The notes under the pieces are model-generated. The model saw nothing but the letters and a program-made list of their open reading frames with translations. It had not been told where the DNA came from and ran no database searches. Below are positions 1-11,460 of a stretch of DNA of 64,000 nucleotides, piece by piece. The translations under genes and the position numbers were made by a program. Source of the stretch: Gekko japonicus (Eukaryota); NCBI RefSeq assembly GCF_001447785.1, contig NW_015168111.1:1-64000 (forward strand), in the 5' to 3' direction. Position 1 is the stretch's first letter. Each line of letters starts with the position of its first letter.

Positions 1-51
1 TATGGCTTTATATATAAGGGAGAGATGAATAGAATATATGAAGGAGACTAT

Positions 52-260
52 GGGATGGACTCTCACTCAATGGTAGAACATCTGCTTGTCACACAGAAGG
101 TCTCAGGTGGAATCCTGGGCTTCTTCAGTTAAAGGGATCAGTTGAAAGGTGATGCAAAAGATCTCTGCCTGAGACCTTGGGGAGCTCCTTGTCAGTCTGA
201 GTAGACAATACTGACTTTGATGAACCAATGGCCAGATTCAGTACAAGGCAGCTTCATGTA
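52..260 (+). mobile_element. tRNA-derived SINE, Squam2-like
   Basis: tRNA-like head plus tail gagaccttgg...agacaatactgactttgatg...aaggcagcttcatgt. Related copies or fragments at ~3355-3480, 18782-18995(-), 29918-30085(-), 49704-49920, 51085-51303, 56800-57000, 61110-61260. Confidence 0.75.
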
Positions 261-552
261 AGGTGTTGTTTCCTGTTCTCATTTTTGTTACAAAAATCTA
301 TGGATGGTTTTGCATCAATTTTTTATTCTCAGATTAAATGAAAATAATCTCATAATAATCAACCATTCATGCGTTTTACTCTGAAATATAGACATTCAGT
401 AATTTATGCCACATATTTATTAAAGAAATCAGCACTGTCTGAATAGATATCATAGTTTTTGTTCATTAACAGACCACTTCTCCATGACTAATTTTATACT
501 GGGGAAATGATGAATTGCATCCAGACACTCTCTTTTATCAGAGAGAGGTCCT

Positions 553-810
553 CCATAGGCCACAGGAATAAACAGTTTTAAAGGGGGATTAGATAGAATT
601 ATGGAGGACAAGTCTCTCAATGGCTACTAGCTATGGTGACTGAAGGCAGCCTCCACATTCAGAGGCATTAAACCTCTGAATCCCAGAGCCAGGAGGTAGC
701 ATCAGGGAAAGGCCTTGGCCTCTATGCCCTGTTGTTGACTGTCTAGATGAGCTGGTTGGCCACTGTGTGAGACAGGAAGCTGGAGTAGATGAACCATTGG
801 TCCAATCCAT
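553..810 (+). mobile_element. CR1-type LINE 3' end fragment
   Basis: Matches the 3' end of the CR1 at ~29115-29370. Confidence 0.8.
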
Positions 811-933
811 TGAAGGGAGACTCTGAATGCACAAAAGTCTTTGGATCTGATCCAAGGTAAGAAATGGTTTGTGCTTAGAAAGGAAGCCAAATACCTAAAC
901 TCGTGAGGAGGACACCAATTCCATTTCATTGAT

Positions 934-1872
934 CTAGACAAATTTCTTCAGAAACTTTCTGAGGGCTTCCTTCATCTCTCGGTTTCTCAAGCTGTATATC
1001 ATTGGATTGAGTAGTGGAGTCAAAACAGTATAAAAGACAGCAAAGATTTTGTTTAGTGCTCTCAACTTCTCAGTCTTTGGAACCACATAAGCAAGCACCA
1101 GGGTCCCATAGAAAATCGAAACTACAATAAGATGAGAAGAACAAGTGGAGAAAGCCTTTTTCTTCCCAGTGGTGGATGGGATTCTCATGATGTTCTTGAT
1201 GATATATATGTAGGATGCCACAGTTACTATAAATGGTGGCAGGGTAAAGATGGATGAAAACACAGTAAGCATAAGCTCGATGGTCTTTGTTTCACTGCAA
1301 GAAAGTTTCACAATTTGGGTTATTTCACAGAAGAAATGGTCAATATCCTTGGGGCCACAGAATACTAAATGTGATATCAATATGACAAATACTGACATCT
1401 CTATGAATCCATTGATCCAAGAACCAGCTGCCAGATGAATGCATAGCCTAGTGTTCATAATAGAGACATAGTGCAGAGGTTTGCAGATGGCTAAATATCG
1501 ATCATAAGACATCATCGCTAAGAGGTAACATTGTGTAGCGGTTAGGGAAGCAAAAGAGTAAAACTGAGCAATACAGCCCCATAGTGATATATTTCCATCC
1601 CCAGTCAGGAAGGAAGCAAGCATCTTTGGGAGGATGGTGCAAACTGTGCAGCTATCCAAGCAGGACAAGTTGCATAAGAAGAAGTACATGGGGGTATGAA
1701 GCTGTGGTTCAGAAATTACTAGGACAATGATGAGGATGTTGCCAGCCATCGTGTAGACATAGATCAGAAGAAATAAAGAGAAGAGAGGAATCCGCAGGTC
1801 CTGTACATCCCCAAATCCTAGGAAAGTTACTTCTGCAATGTTGGTTTGGTTTTCCCATTTTTCATTTGTCAT
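934..1872 (-). CDS. Olfactory receptor, class II (OR-1), intact, 312 aa
   Basis: OR motifs LHTPMYFFLCNLS, MSYDRYLAICKPLHY, KAFSTCSSHL, PLLNPMIYSLRN and N-terminal NQT sequon. Start set at MTNEKW (cat 1870-1872), preceded by acceptor-like ttttattttcaag, rather than at the ORF-track start 1920. Confidence 0.95.
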   Translation of the reverse strand: MTNEKWENQTNIAEVTFLGFGDVQDLRIPLFSLFLLIYVYTMAGNILIIVLVISEPQLHTPMYFFLCNLSCLDSCTVCTILPKMLASFLTGDGNISLWGCIAQFYSFASLTATQCYLLAMMSYDRYLAICKPLHYVSIMNTRLCIHLAAGSWINGFIEMSVFVILISHLVFCGPKDIDHFFCEITQIVKLSCSETKTIELMLTVFSSIFTLPPFIVTVASYIYIIKNIMRIPSTTGKKKAFSTCSSHLIVVSIFYGTLVLAYVVPKTEKLRALNKIFAVFYTVLTPLLNPMIYSLRNREMKEALRKFLKKFV

Positions 1873-1929
1873 TTCTTTTTCTTGAAAATAAAACATATCA
1901 GGATTTTTTTTTAATACCATTTTTAGTTA

Positions 1930-2183
1930 GAAGAGAAGAAGAGAAGAGATTGGATTTCTACGCCACCCTTCACAACCTGAAGTAGTCTCAGAGTGGCTTA
2001 CAATCTCCTTTCCCTTTCCCTCCTCGCTGAGAGAGCTCTCTCTCGAGAACTACTCATGAGAGAAGAGCTCTGAAAGAACTTATGACTGACCCAAAGTTAC
2101 ACCAGCAGCTGCATGTGGAGGAGTGGGGAATCAAACCCGGTTCTCCCGAATTAGAGTCCATGCTCCTAAGTACTACACCAAAG
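1930..2183 (-). mobile_element. tRNA-derived SINE, Squam3-like
   Basis: Reverse complement of tttggtgtagt...ggactctaat head, with purine-rich tail on the plus strand. Confidence 0.8.
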
Positions 2184-2251
2184 TGGTGAAAACTCTCTCA
2201 CACACTGATGCATTGGGATGGATCCAACCACCTTTTCTTCCTGTGAAACAG

Positions 2252-2533
2252 GAAGAAGAAGAAGAGGAAGAGAAGGAGGAGATTGGATTTATACCCCGCC
2301 CTTCACTCAGAGTCTCAGAGCAGTTTACAAACTCTTTTCACTACCCCTCCCACAACAGACACCCTGTGAGGTAGGTGGGGCTGTGAGTGCTCTTTCCAGA
2401 ACTGTCCTTGAGAGAACAGCTCTGACAGAACTATGGCTTGCCCAAAGTCATCCAGCAACTGCAAGTGGAGGAGTGGGGAATCAAGCCCAGCTCTCCCAGA
2501 TTAGACTCCACACACTTAACCACTACACCAAAA
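2252..2533 (-). mobile_element. tRNA-derived SINE, Squam3-like, (CTT)n tail
   Basis: Same family as 24273, 48953, 50626 and 61262. Confidence 0.85.
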
Positions 2534-2686
2534 AAGGCATCCAAAAAGGGCATGATGGGGATTGTGAGACCTGCATGGACTAATGCCATCTGGAGAGTCT
2601 CTCACAGTGAGGTGGGAAAGATTATGGTTAAAAAACTGACTAGATCCAATCCACCATATTATAATAGACCACTAATTTACTGGTAA

Positions 2687-2828
2687 AAAGGTAAAGGTAA
2701 AGGTTCCCTTGCTCGAAAGCCAGTTGAATCCGACTCTAGGGTTGCGATGCTCATCTCCGTTTCCAAGCCGAAGAGCCAGCGCTGTCCGAAGACGTTTCCG
2801 AGGTCATGTGGCCGGCATGACTAAACGC
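2687..2828 (-). mobile_element. Sauria SINE 3' fragment
   Basis: (ACCTTT)n tail and 3' region matching the near full-length copy at 49288-49622. Confidence 0.85.
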
Positions 2829-4249
2829 TGATGTGCACAGAACCTTTAAATAGAAAGAACTTCAGAAATGTAAACTACCAGAAATCACAACACACTTTCA
2901 ATGTTTCTTATCATGCATGGATTTCGAGCTACTACAGAGGAATTCATTCTGAGTCATAACTTGTATGTGTTGAACCAAAGGGGTAGCACTTAGAACAGAT
3001 TCCGATTGTGACACACAAACTATGTATTTCGGCCTGGTCTCAATACTGTCTAGAAACATTTTCAGGAAGTCATGATGATGGTTTGAGGACATTACATTGT
3101 TCAACATAGGGCAACATCCATTTGTGTTAACCTGACTCAAATCTTTCTGAAGGTACAGCTGCATGTACGCTTACCTGGGAGAAAGCACCAGCTAATATGT
3201 TAACATAAATAGTCATTATTATTTGCTAATCAACTTCTGTATCAAGTATCTACATAGTCAATTTTGAGTGCTCAGAGTACTAAACCTGTTTGTTTCATTC
3301 ATTCTTTCCCTGCTTACATTGGCTGTGGTGTGTGTGTGTGTGTCCCAATATCTAAAGTTGTGGATCAGATGGTAGATGATATGGAAGACCTCTGCCTGAG
3401 GCCCTGGGGAATCACTGCCAGTCTGAGTACTTACTTCGATGGCCCACTGGTCTGATTCATTACAAGGCAGCTTCATGTGCTCAAGAACAATCTTAATATC
3501 AAAATCAGCATGTATTTTGATGGGGGAGTGCTGCTATTTTAGATATTTTGATAGGCACCCTTTCTTTTCTGCTGCCCCATTACCTTTTACAGAATTAGAA
3601 CTAGCTAGATGTGCAGGTTTTTAAAGACTTGGCTCTGAGCTTCCCATGACCAACTCAGATTCCCCATAGCCCCATAGCAGCTGCAAGGAATGTCTTGTAA
3701 AGATAATGCCATTTGGATCACCACCACAGGAGCAAGCAAGGCTCATGTCTCCTCAAGCTGTTTTCCCTTCAGTAAAACAGTGCTGGGGAGAGTTGTTACC
3801 TGTGTTTTTGCTACTCAAAGTCAGTCAGATGTGGCGGTGAGATCGCGCCCAGAAAATCCACCTATCTTCCGTCTCTGTAGCATGGCTAATGTTCCATGTG
3901 ACCGCAGCCATAGTAGAGTATTCTGAGCACCCAGAGACAACTCTTTCAAACTCTGCATGTCTAGTTTCCCACTTATTTTGTATTTTTTTTTAGCATTGTT
4001 GAGCAAGGCAAGATTTGAATAATTTTGTAGTGCATTGCCTATTCAACTGTGATTACTGAAACATGTTTGAGACACCAGACTATTTGCTGTTCTTCATTCC
4101 TAAATTCATAGAAACCAATGTATTCAAGCTTCCAGCTTTGAAGGAATCCATTCCATGGTGATTAATGCATCAAAGTTCCCAGAATCTGTGCACATTCTAG
4201 ACAATTCAGGGGCATGTGTACAGCTGGACAGTTGAGTGGCTAGCTAACA

Positions 4250-4333
4250 TTGCAACCCTATGCCGAGTTACTCCTGTCTAAGACAGCTGATGCTGAATAG
4301 CTTAGACTGGAGTAACTCTGCATAGGACTGCAC
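4250..4333. mobile_element. Short palindromic MITE-like element (second copy ~5604-5687)
   Basis: Imperfect inverted arms tgcaaccctatgccgagttactcctgtctaag / cttagactggagtaactctgcataggactgca. Confidence 0.6.
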
Positions 4334-4483
4334 TGCCTGAGAGGAAGAAATATATTAGGAGATCCCCAACTTGAATATCAACTCAGCTGGGAACTTCCTA
4401 GCTAGCCTAAAGCACATAATTTTTTTCTCTCAAAGCCAATTTGCAATACAAAAACAATGATAGATCTGACAAGGCTGTTAATT

Positions 4484-4698
4484 AGGGTTGCCAACTCCAT
4501 GCTTGGAAATTTCTGGAGATGTAGAGGCCGAGCTCAGAGAAGGCAAGGTTGGGGAAGTGAGGGAGCTCAGCAGGGAAGTGGTGTCATACAGTCCACCCTC
4601 CAAAGCTGCCATTTCCCTTGTGGTTGCTGATCTCTATAGTCTGGAGATCAGTTGTCATTCCAGGCAACTTTAAGCCCCACCAAGGGTTTGGCTACCCC
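4484..4698. mobile_element. MITE-like repeat with AGGGTTGCCA termini
   Basis: agggttgccaac...ttggctacccc. Related copies at ~5838-6052, 16440-16680, 20625-20963 and 41180-41430. Confidence 0.7.
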
Positions 4699-5076
4699 AA
4701 TTGTTAACAAGATTACAGAGATGGTATGCATGGCTTAACCGTTTTTCAGTTCTAGGGTGCACACTCAATTCACGGCATGCACTGTTTGGAACCATTGAGC
4801 TTCACCATCACGTCATGCGAACAGAGACTTGCATATGCAGAAATTTCCTGCAAGTGCCACCTTAGGCCAGCACAGGTTCTTAACACTTTGGCAGGCAAAA
4901 ATCTTCATCAGAAGGTATATCTTGAGCTTACCTTATTCAGTGAAGCATTTACAGTTCTTAGGTTTCAGGGCAGATGGAGGCTGAAGCAGCTAAAGGGAAT
5001 ANNNNNNNNNNNNNNNNNNNNNNNNNNNNNNNNNTGTGTTTTTGCTACTCAAAGTAGGGTATTCTGAGCACCCAGA

Positions 5077-5244
5077 GGGCTCTTCCGCATTGTCATTTTT
5101 GTCACTCATTTGTCCCTATTGCTTTGTTCCCCCCCCTACTTTCCCAAAAGGTTTTTTCCTCCCTCTGGGACAACTAGAGAGAGCAAAACACACTGGAGGG
5201 GAAAACCCTGAAAAAATGACAACAATGACGATGCGGAAGAGAAC
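5077..5244. mobile_element. MITE with terminal inverted repeats
   Basis: ctcttccgcattgtcatt ... aatgacgatgcggaagag; absent from the matching position of the other copy (~3937). Confidence 0.75.
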
Positions 5245-6280
5245 GACAGCTCTTTCAAACTCTGCATGTTTAGTCTAGCACTTATTTTGTATTAATAATT
5301 TTGAGCATTGTTGAGCAAAGCAACATTGGGATAATTTTGCTAAGCAATTTCTACAAAACTCCATTCCCTGCTTTTCCTTTTGTAGTACATTGCCTATTCA
5401 ACTGTGATTACTGAAAGATGCTTAAGTCGCCTGACTATTTGCTGTTCTTCATTCCTAAATTCATAGAAACCAACGCATCCAAGCTTCCAGCTTTCAAGGA
5501 ATCTATTCCATGGTGATGAATGCATCAAAGATCCCAGAATCTGTGCACATTCTAGACAATTCAGGGGCATGTGTACAGCTGGACAGTTGAGTGGCTAGCT
5601 AACATTGCAACCCTATGCCGAGTTACTCCTGTCTAAGACAGCTGATGCTGAATAGCTTAGACTGGAGTAACTCTGCATAGGACTGCACTGCCTGAGAGGA
5701 AGAAATATATTAGGAGATCCCCAACTTGAATATCAACTCAGCTGGGAACTTCCTAGCTAGCCTAAAGCACAGAATTTTTTCTCTGAAAGCCAATTTACAA
5801 TACAAAAATAATGATAGATCTGACAAGGCTGTTAATTAGGGTTGCCAACTCCATGCTTGGAAATTTCTGGAGATGTAGAGGCCGAGCTCAGAGAAGGCAA
5901 GGTTGGGGAAGTGAGGGAGCTCAGCAGGGAAGTGGTGTCATACAGTCCACCCTCCAAAGCTGCCATTTCCCTTGTGGTTGCTGATCTCTATAGTCTGGAG
6001 ATCAGTTGTCATTCCAGGCAACTTTAAGCCCCACCAAGGGTTTGGCTACCCCAATTGTTAACAAGATTACAGAGATGGTATGCATGGCTTAACCGTTTTT
6101 CAGTTCTAGGGTGCACACTCAATTCATGGCAAGCACTGTTTGGACCCATTGAGCTTCACCATCACGTCATGTGAACAGAGACTTGCATATGCAGAAATTT
6201 CCTGCAAGTGCCACCTTAGGCCAGCACAGGTTCTTAACACTTTGGCAGGCAAAAATCTTCATCAGAAGGTATATCTTGAG

Positions 6281-6600
6281 TTTACCTTATTCAGTGAAGC
6301 ATTTACAGTTCTTGGGTTTCTGGGCAGATGGAGGCTGAAGCAGCTAAAGGGAATAACTGGTTTCTCACACATTGGAAACACTTCTGTCTTTAAGATATAG
6401 ATTGCAAAGTATATCATCTGGTTCTACTCCCAATGACCAGTGTGCAGTTTAGGCTTCTCAGAAGATGAACTTTTATATGTACCATGGCTTTTTTTTTGCT
6501 AAGGGTATTTCCTGTTCTCAAGAGTGTCTTCTTTCTTCCAGCTGATTCTTAATCCATAATTTGGTTGGGAATTGAAATTTCCCTTAAGGGAATACCAATT
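6281..6600 (-). promoter_or_regulatory. Candidate OR-1 proximal promoter and non-coding exon 1
   Basis: Aligns by eye to 13335-13625. Minus-strand TATAAAA 6471-6477, O/E-like ttctcaagag 6515-6524, E-box cagctg 6539-6544, splice donor at 6285. Confidence 0.6.
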
Positions 6601-6650
6601 TAATATGCCTTGAAATCTTCACATTTAAAGTCTTGCAGTATCTAGTATAT

Positions 6651-6762
6651 GAAATTGGGCCATCTTCAGAGGACGGCGGAAGACAGGAGGGCCTGGCGGG
6701 AGCTGGTCCATGGGTTCGCGAAGAGTCGGACTCGACTGTGCGACTGAACAACAACAACAAGT
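6651..6762 (+). mobile_element. BovB/RTE LINE, 5'-truncated 3' end
   Basis: ggtccatgggttcgcgaagagtcggactcgactg...(CAA)n tail; TSD tatctagtatat at 6639-6650 and 6763-6774. Confidence 0.85.
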
Positions 6763-7309
6763 TATCTAGTATATTTATTTACAGCATTCATACCTGTGCC
6801 TTTCTGCTCAAGGCCACCAATTAAACTAACAAAAACAGCATTATGAAGAAAAGATCATACACCCAATTAACCTCAATATTATAATTCTTATCTAAAATGT
6901 AGACAGCGCTTAAAACATGGAACAGGAAGGAGTGGTCACTGAGGTAATATCACATGAAACAATCAAACAAAAATCTCAAGCTGCTTGCAGAAGACAGTGC
7001 TAGGAGGGGATCCATAATTTTGTGGCATGACAGAGAAGGTGGGGCACCACCCAGCAGCAATCACTTACTCAGACATTCACCACTTCCTTCCCGTAAGCCG
7101 CAGACACACTACCTCCCAACAAAACCCCTTTTACATAGGGATACATGTAGTTCCTGCAGTCACAGTTTGCGACCCATCTTAATAGGCTGAGAGCCCTAAC
7201 CCTTTTACATACACAGGATGTCCTCTCTCCTCCCCCCCCCCCCCCGTCATAAACAGACAGGGAAACCTAATTCCCTATGTCAACCACCCATCACCCAGAC
7301 ACTTCACAG

Positions 7310-8033
7310 AGCTGTTGGGGTTGTGAACTAAACACTGTTTTCCCTTGTCACACTGCCACCGTTTAGTCACAGATATATGCATAGTGACCAAGGCTTTACT
7401 GGTGTGTGTATGTGTGTTTCCTCCTCTGAAACAATGTACATCCAATAAGCAGGGTTAAACAACCAAAAGGAGTTAAATGTTTATTGAAAGTTTAACACAA
7501 CAGGGGAGTGATTCATACACACACACACACAACTTTTCTCAGTTCTCACACTTTTGAACTTTAATTAATTTCATGTTTGTAGGACTCTTTATTACAAGGT
7601 CACTTCACCATCAGTAGCAGGCTACTCTTCTGCCTCCCTCAAATTCAGAATTATTAGCTGCAACACAACTGCTGTCCAATTGGCTTTCACTCCCTCAGTG
7701 GTTCCTTTTTATACTCTCCTTTTAATCCATGTTCCCCATGGTGTCCTCCAAACAATTCTGCACTAAAATTGAATTCTACCTTCTTTTTATTATGGGTTTT
7801 TCCCCATTCTGCATTGCATTACCTCCCTTCAGTGGTCAGCCCAGTTTCAAACTGTCATTGCCCCAGGTCATTTGGATGCTGTTTTGCCATGGACTTAAAT
7901 TGCCTCGACTCAAACACAGAGAAAATCTGGAGGGGCAGGCAAATGCAGAAAGGATCTGTCTCTCTACTCTCAACATTCCTTTAGCTTCCATTGGCTGTTC
8001 TTGGGGAGAGGCAAAACTGAAGCCATCTGTCAC
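7310..8033 (-). mobile_element. Solo LTR-like element
   Basis: TG...CA ends; minus-strand TATA-like (~7707) and AATAAA (~7480); no TSD found. Confidence 0.4.
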
Positions 8034-9144
8034 AGCAGTCCTTATGGTATGCTAATCCCCAAACTATAGAGGCCTTTAAGGTCAGCACCAGCACCCTGAA
8101 TTGATAAGAAAGTCCCTGTAGACAATACAGACCTTAATGGACCAATGGTCTATGGTAGCTTCATGTATGCTAAACTCATGCTAGGAAATATTTGAGTCCA
8201 TACATAATAACTCATCCTTACAAAGCAAGCCTTTATTTGTCAAAATATCAGCTTTTCTTGAATAGGGGATGGGTCCATCTTCCTTCAACTAGCAAACCCT
8301 CCTTATCTAAAATTTGCATGTAATAGTGATTCTGTATGTACTGAAGTTGAAAGAATGCTGGAAGGATACTTGAGTTCCAATTTTCATTCCGCCTGGAAAT
8401 TCTATGGATTACTTTGCGCCAAGTGCATTTTAAATAAAAAGAAATGCATAATAATCTACCTTCCAGAGATGTGAAAATAAAAGGGATACCTTCAGTTATG
8501 ATACCCTGAGCTCCTGAGAGGACATATGGTATTCAAATATGTGAATAATTGTATGCAAAGCAGTTTATTATTATGTGGCAATGTTTTAGTTTGAAACATA
8601 GAGCTTTAATATATGATTTCACATGACAGATAATTAAAATGAATTGACATTCATGTTTTAGTTGCACGACAGAAAAATCTGCTTAATTTTAAGCATCCTG
8701 TCCATCTCCTTTCTGCAGTGCAAGTGGTTCCATTCTGTCCTTTTCCAAAGAGGTTACCTTGTTAAGAGAACTTTCAAAATCAAAGATGAAATCTGAGACT
8801 TTCTATTGCTGTGGAAGCTGCTTTAGACTTTGGGATGGATCCTATGGATGTGATCCGCTCATGGTAATATCTTTCCTTACTTCTCCTGACAAAATAGGTG
8901 TTTCTGCTGCAGAAAAGCCTCTTGCATCAGCAGGAGACACCTTGAACCATAGGAAGAAGGCACTGTTAGAAATACAAATCCATAGGATGTAAGCCTTTAT
9001 CAGCTGACTGGATACTGTATCTAATTCTCCCTGTCTTGGAAGTTCCAGGCTATAGTCAATAACAAAGAAGTCAGAACTTTAGTTGTCCTTGTGGCTATTG
9101 TCCATATCCTTCATGATGTAATGGGATAATAATAGGCATAACAT

Positions 9145-9705
9145 CCAAATCACAAGATGTCATAGTCCCACTGTACATTGGATTGGTCAGACTTTACCTG
9201 GAGTATTGTGTGCAGTTCTGGAGCCTTTACTTCAAAAAGGATGTGGACAGAATGGAACACATGTAGAGAAGAGTGACAAGGATGATTGGGGGCCTGGAGA
9301 CCAAGCCCTATGAGAAAAGGATGAGGAGCTTGGGAATGTTCAGTCCGGAGAAGAGGGGGTGGATAGGGGACATGATTGCTCTCTTTAAGTATTCGAAGGG
9401 CTGTCACTTAGAGAAGGGAAGGGAGCTGTTCCTGTTGGCAGCAGAGGATAGGACTCACAATAACAGGTTTAAATTAAAAGCGGGAAGGTACTGGCTGGGT
9501 GTTAGGGAAAACTTTTTTTACAGTAAGAGTTCTGCAACAAAGCAATCAGCTTCCTAGGGAGGTAATGAGCTCCCCCTCTCTGGCAGTCTTTAAGCAGCAT
9601 CTGCATAAATGTCATGGATACTGTAGGCTAATCCTGCATTGAGCAGGGGGTTGGACAAGAAGGCCCATATGGCCCCTTCCAACTCTATGATTCTATGATT
9701 CTATA
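9145..9705 (+). mobile_element. CR1 LINE 3' fragment
   Basis: ORF2 C-terminal remnant (GLETKPYEKRMRSLGMFS) and terminal ATTCTATG repeats. Confidence 0.9.
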
Positions 9706-9887
9706 ATGGATCCAAGCATTCTTTTCCTCAAAGAGTCACCATCCTTCAAAGGAAATCTTCCTCTTCACAAAAACAAGTCTATGTCTCCAACCTATTCTAA
9801 GGAAGTTTGTGCTTAGTGATAAATATTAAACATTAACTATCATGGATGACATCTGTTCAAAAAGTAAATTCCCTGGAGTGCAATGGA

Positions 9888-10826
9888 CTAGACACATTTC
9901 TTCAGAATTTTTCTCAGGGCATTCTTCATCTCTCGGTTTCGCAGGCTATATATCAAAGGATTTACCAAGGGAGTCAGAAGTGTGTAAAAGACAGAGAAAA
10001 CTTTGTTTAATGCTCTGAGCCTCTCAGTCCTTGGAAGCACATAAACAATCACTAACGTCCCATAGAAAATGGAAACTACAATAAGGTGAGAAGAACAAGT
10101 TGAGAAAGCTTTTTTCTTCCCAGTGGCGGATGGGATCCGCATGATGTTCCTGATGATGAATATGTATGAGGTCATGGTTAATGTAAATGGTGGAAAGGTG
10201 AATATGGATGCAAATACTGTGATCACAAGTTCTGCAGTGTTAGTTTCCCCACAAGAAAGCTTCATTACTGCAGTTATATCACAGAAGAAATGGTCAATGT
10301 CCTTAGGCCCGCAGAATATTAGCTGGGACATCAGGAATATGTATATGGACATCCCTATGAATCCATTGATCCAAGAGCCAGCTGCCAAACGGAAGCACAG
10401 CTTGGTGTTCATAAGACAGACATAATGCAGAGGTTTGCAAATGGCTAAATACCGATCATAAGACATCATTGCTAAGAGATAACATTCTACAGCAGCTAAA
10501 GAGGAAAAAAAGTAAAACTGGGCAATACAACCCCAAACAGAAATGGTGCCATGCCCGGTCAAGCAGCCAGCAAGCATCTTCGGCAGGATGGTGCAAACTG
10601 TGAAACTATCCAAGCAGGAGAGGTTACCTAAGAAGAAATACATGGGGGTATGAAGCTGTGGTTCGGAAATCACTAAGGCAACAATGAGGATGTTCCCGGC
10701 CATAGTGCAGATGTAGATCAGCAGAAAGAGGAAGAAGAGAGGAATCTGCAGGTGATGGGCATCCCCAAATCCCAGGAGATTTAATTCAGCAGCAACCGTT
10801 TGATTTCCCCATCCTGCACTGGCCAT
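9888..10826 (-). CDS. Olfactory receptor, class II (OR-2), intact, 312 aa; close paralog of OR-1
   Basis: LHTPMYFFLGNLS, MSYDRYLAICKPLHY, KAFSTCSSHL, PLVNPLIYSLRN; acceptor ttttcttttgaag 8 nt before the ATG. Confidence 0.96.
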   Translation of the reverse strand: MASAGWGNQTVAAELNLLGFGDAHHLQIPLFFLFLLIYICTMAGNILIVALVISEPQLHTPMYFFLGNLSCLDSFTVCTILPKMLAGCLTGHGTISVWGCIAQFYFFSSLAAVECYLLAMMSYDRYLAICKPLHYVCLMNTKLCFRLAAGSWINGFIGMSIYIFLMSQLIFCGPKDIDHFFCDITAVMKLSCGETNTAELVITVFASIFTFPPFTLTMTSYIFIIRNIMRIPSATGKKKAFSTCSSHLIVVSIFYGTLVIVYVLPRTERLRALNKVFSVFYTLLTPLVNPLIYSLRNREMKNALRKILKKCV

Positions 10827-11314
10827 GTCTTATTCTTCAAAAGAAAATGAAATGGTATTAGTTTCATGATCCCTACATATGTAACCCACATACTCATCGC
10901 TGTTGTCTTCTTCATCATCCTCATCCCATAGTAGACAGCTGAACTATGGGTTCAGGAGCAAATACTTCTGCTTTAGGAGTAAATATTTTAGACATGTAAA
11001 TTACTAGTAATTGTAACCACTGGTGATTTATTATAGTCTGTCTTCCTTATCACTGCCAAACTTGTATCCACTACTTGGATTGTTCCCATGAATATTATGA
11101 ATTGACACTTGTGTGCTGAACTTCATAGGTGATTCTGAGCAATCAGTATCCTAAAATTATTTTGTTGACACTCATGTCTTTTCTCTATGCCTTGCCTGTG
11201 AGAGTATTAGATTTTTCTGGTCACCATCTGATACCCACCAGGAAGTGTCTTAGTACCACAATGATGAAGGCTATTACATTCCCCACCACCACCACTAATG
11301 TAGATATTTTGATG

Positions 11315-11460
11315 GGCATAATGAGATGGATTGGCCCAATAAAGGAAGCCATGGCAATCTGTTTGCAAGACCTGAATAAGGCTGTTAATGGTAGAACATT
11401 TTGGAGGTCATCAGTTCAAAGAGTCACCATAAGTTGCAACCAACATAATGGCACATAACA
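11315..11460 (+). mobile_element. Old RTE/BovB-like 3' fragment
   Basis: MRWI...KEA...LQDL...WR remnant and gtcaccataagt 3' motif. Confidence 0.6.

Larger units (their letters stand above)
3801..6355. repeat. Direct repeat 3801-5001 / 5035-6355 flanking an N gap (probable haplotype false duplication)
   Basis: Copy 1 ends exactly at the gap (5002-5034) and copy 2 starts exactly after it. Distal ~800 bp near identical (offset 1354). Confidence 0.85.

Noticed and set aside
1873-1920. 16-aa N-terminal extension of OR-1 in the ORF track
   Set aside because: Runs through an acceptor-like tract; paralog OR-2 starts at the position equivalent to 1872.
4488-6400. Duplicated small proteins (61 aa, 86-96 aa) and similar pairs at 35592/37504 and 48933/50606
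   Set aside because: Chance ORFs in repeats, copied by the local duplications.
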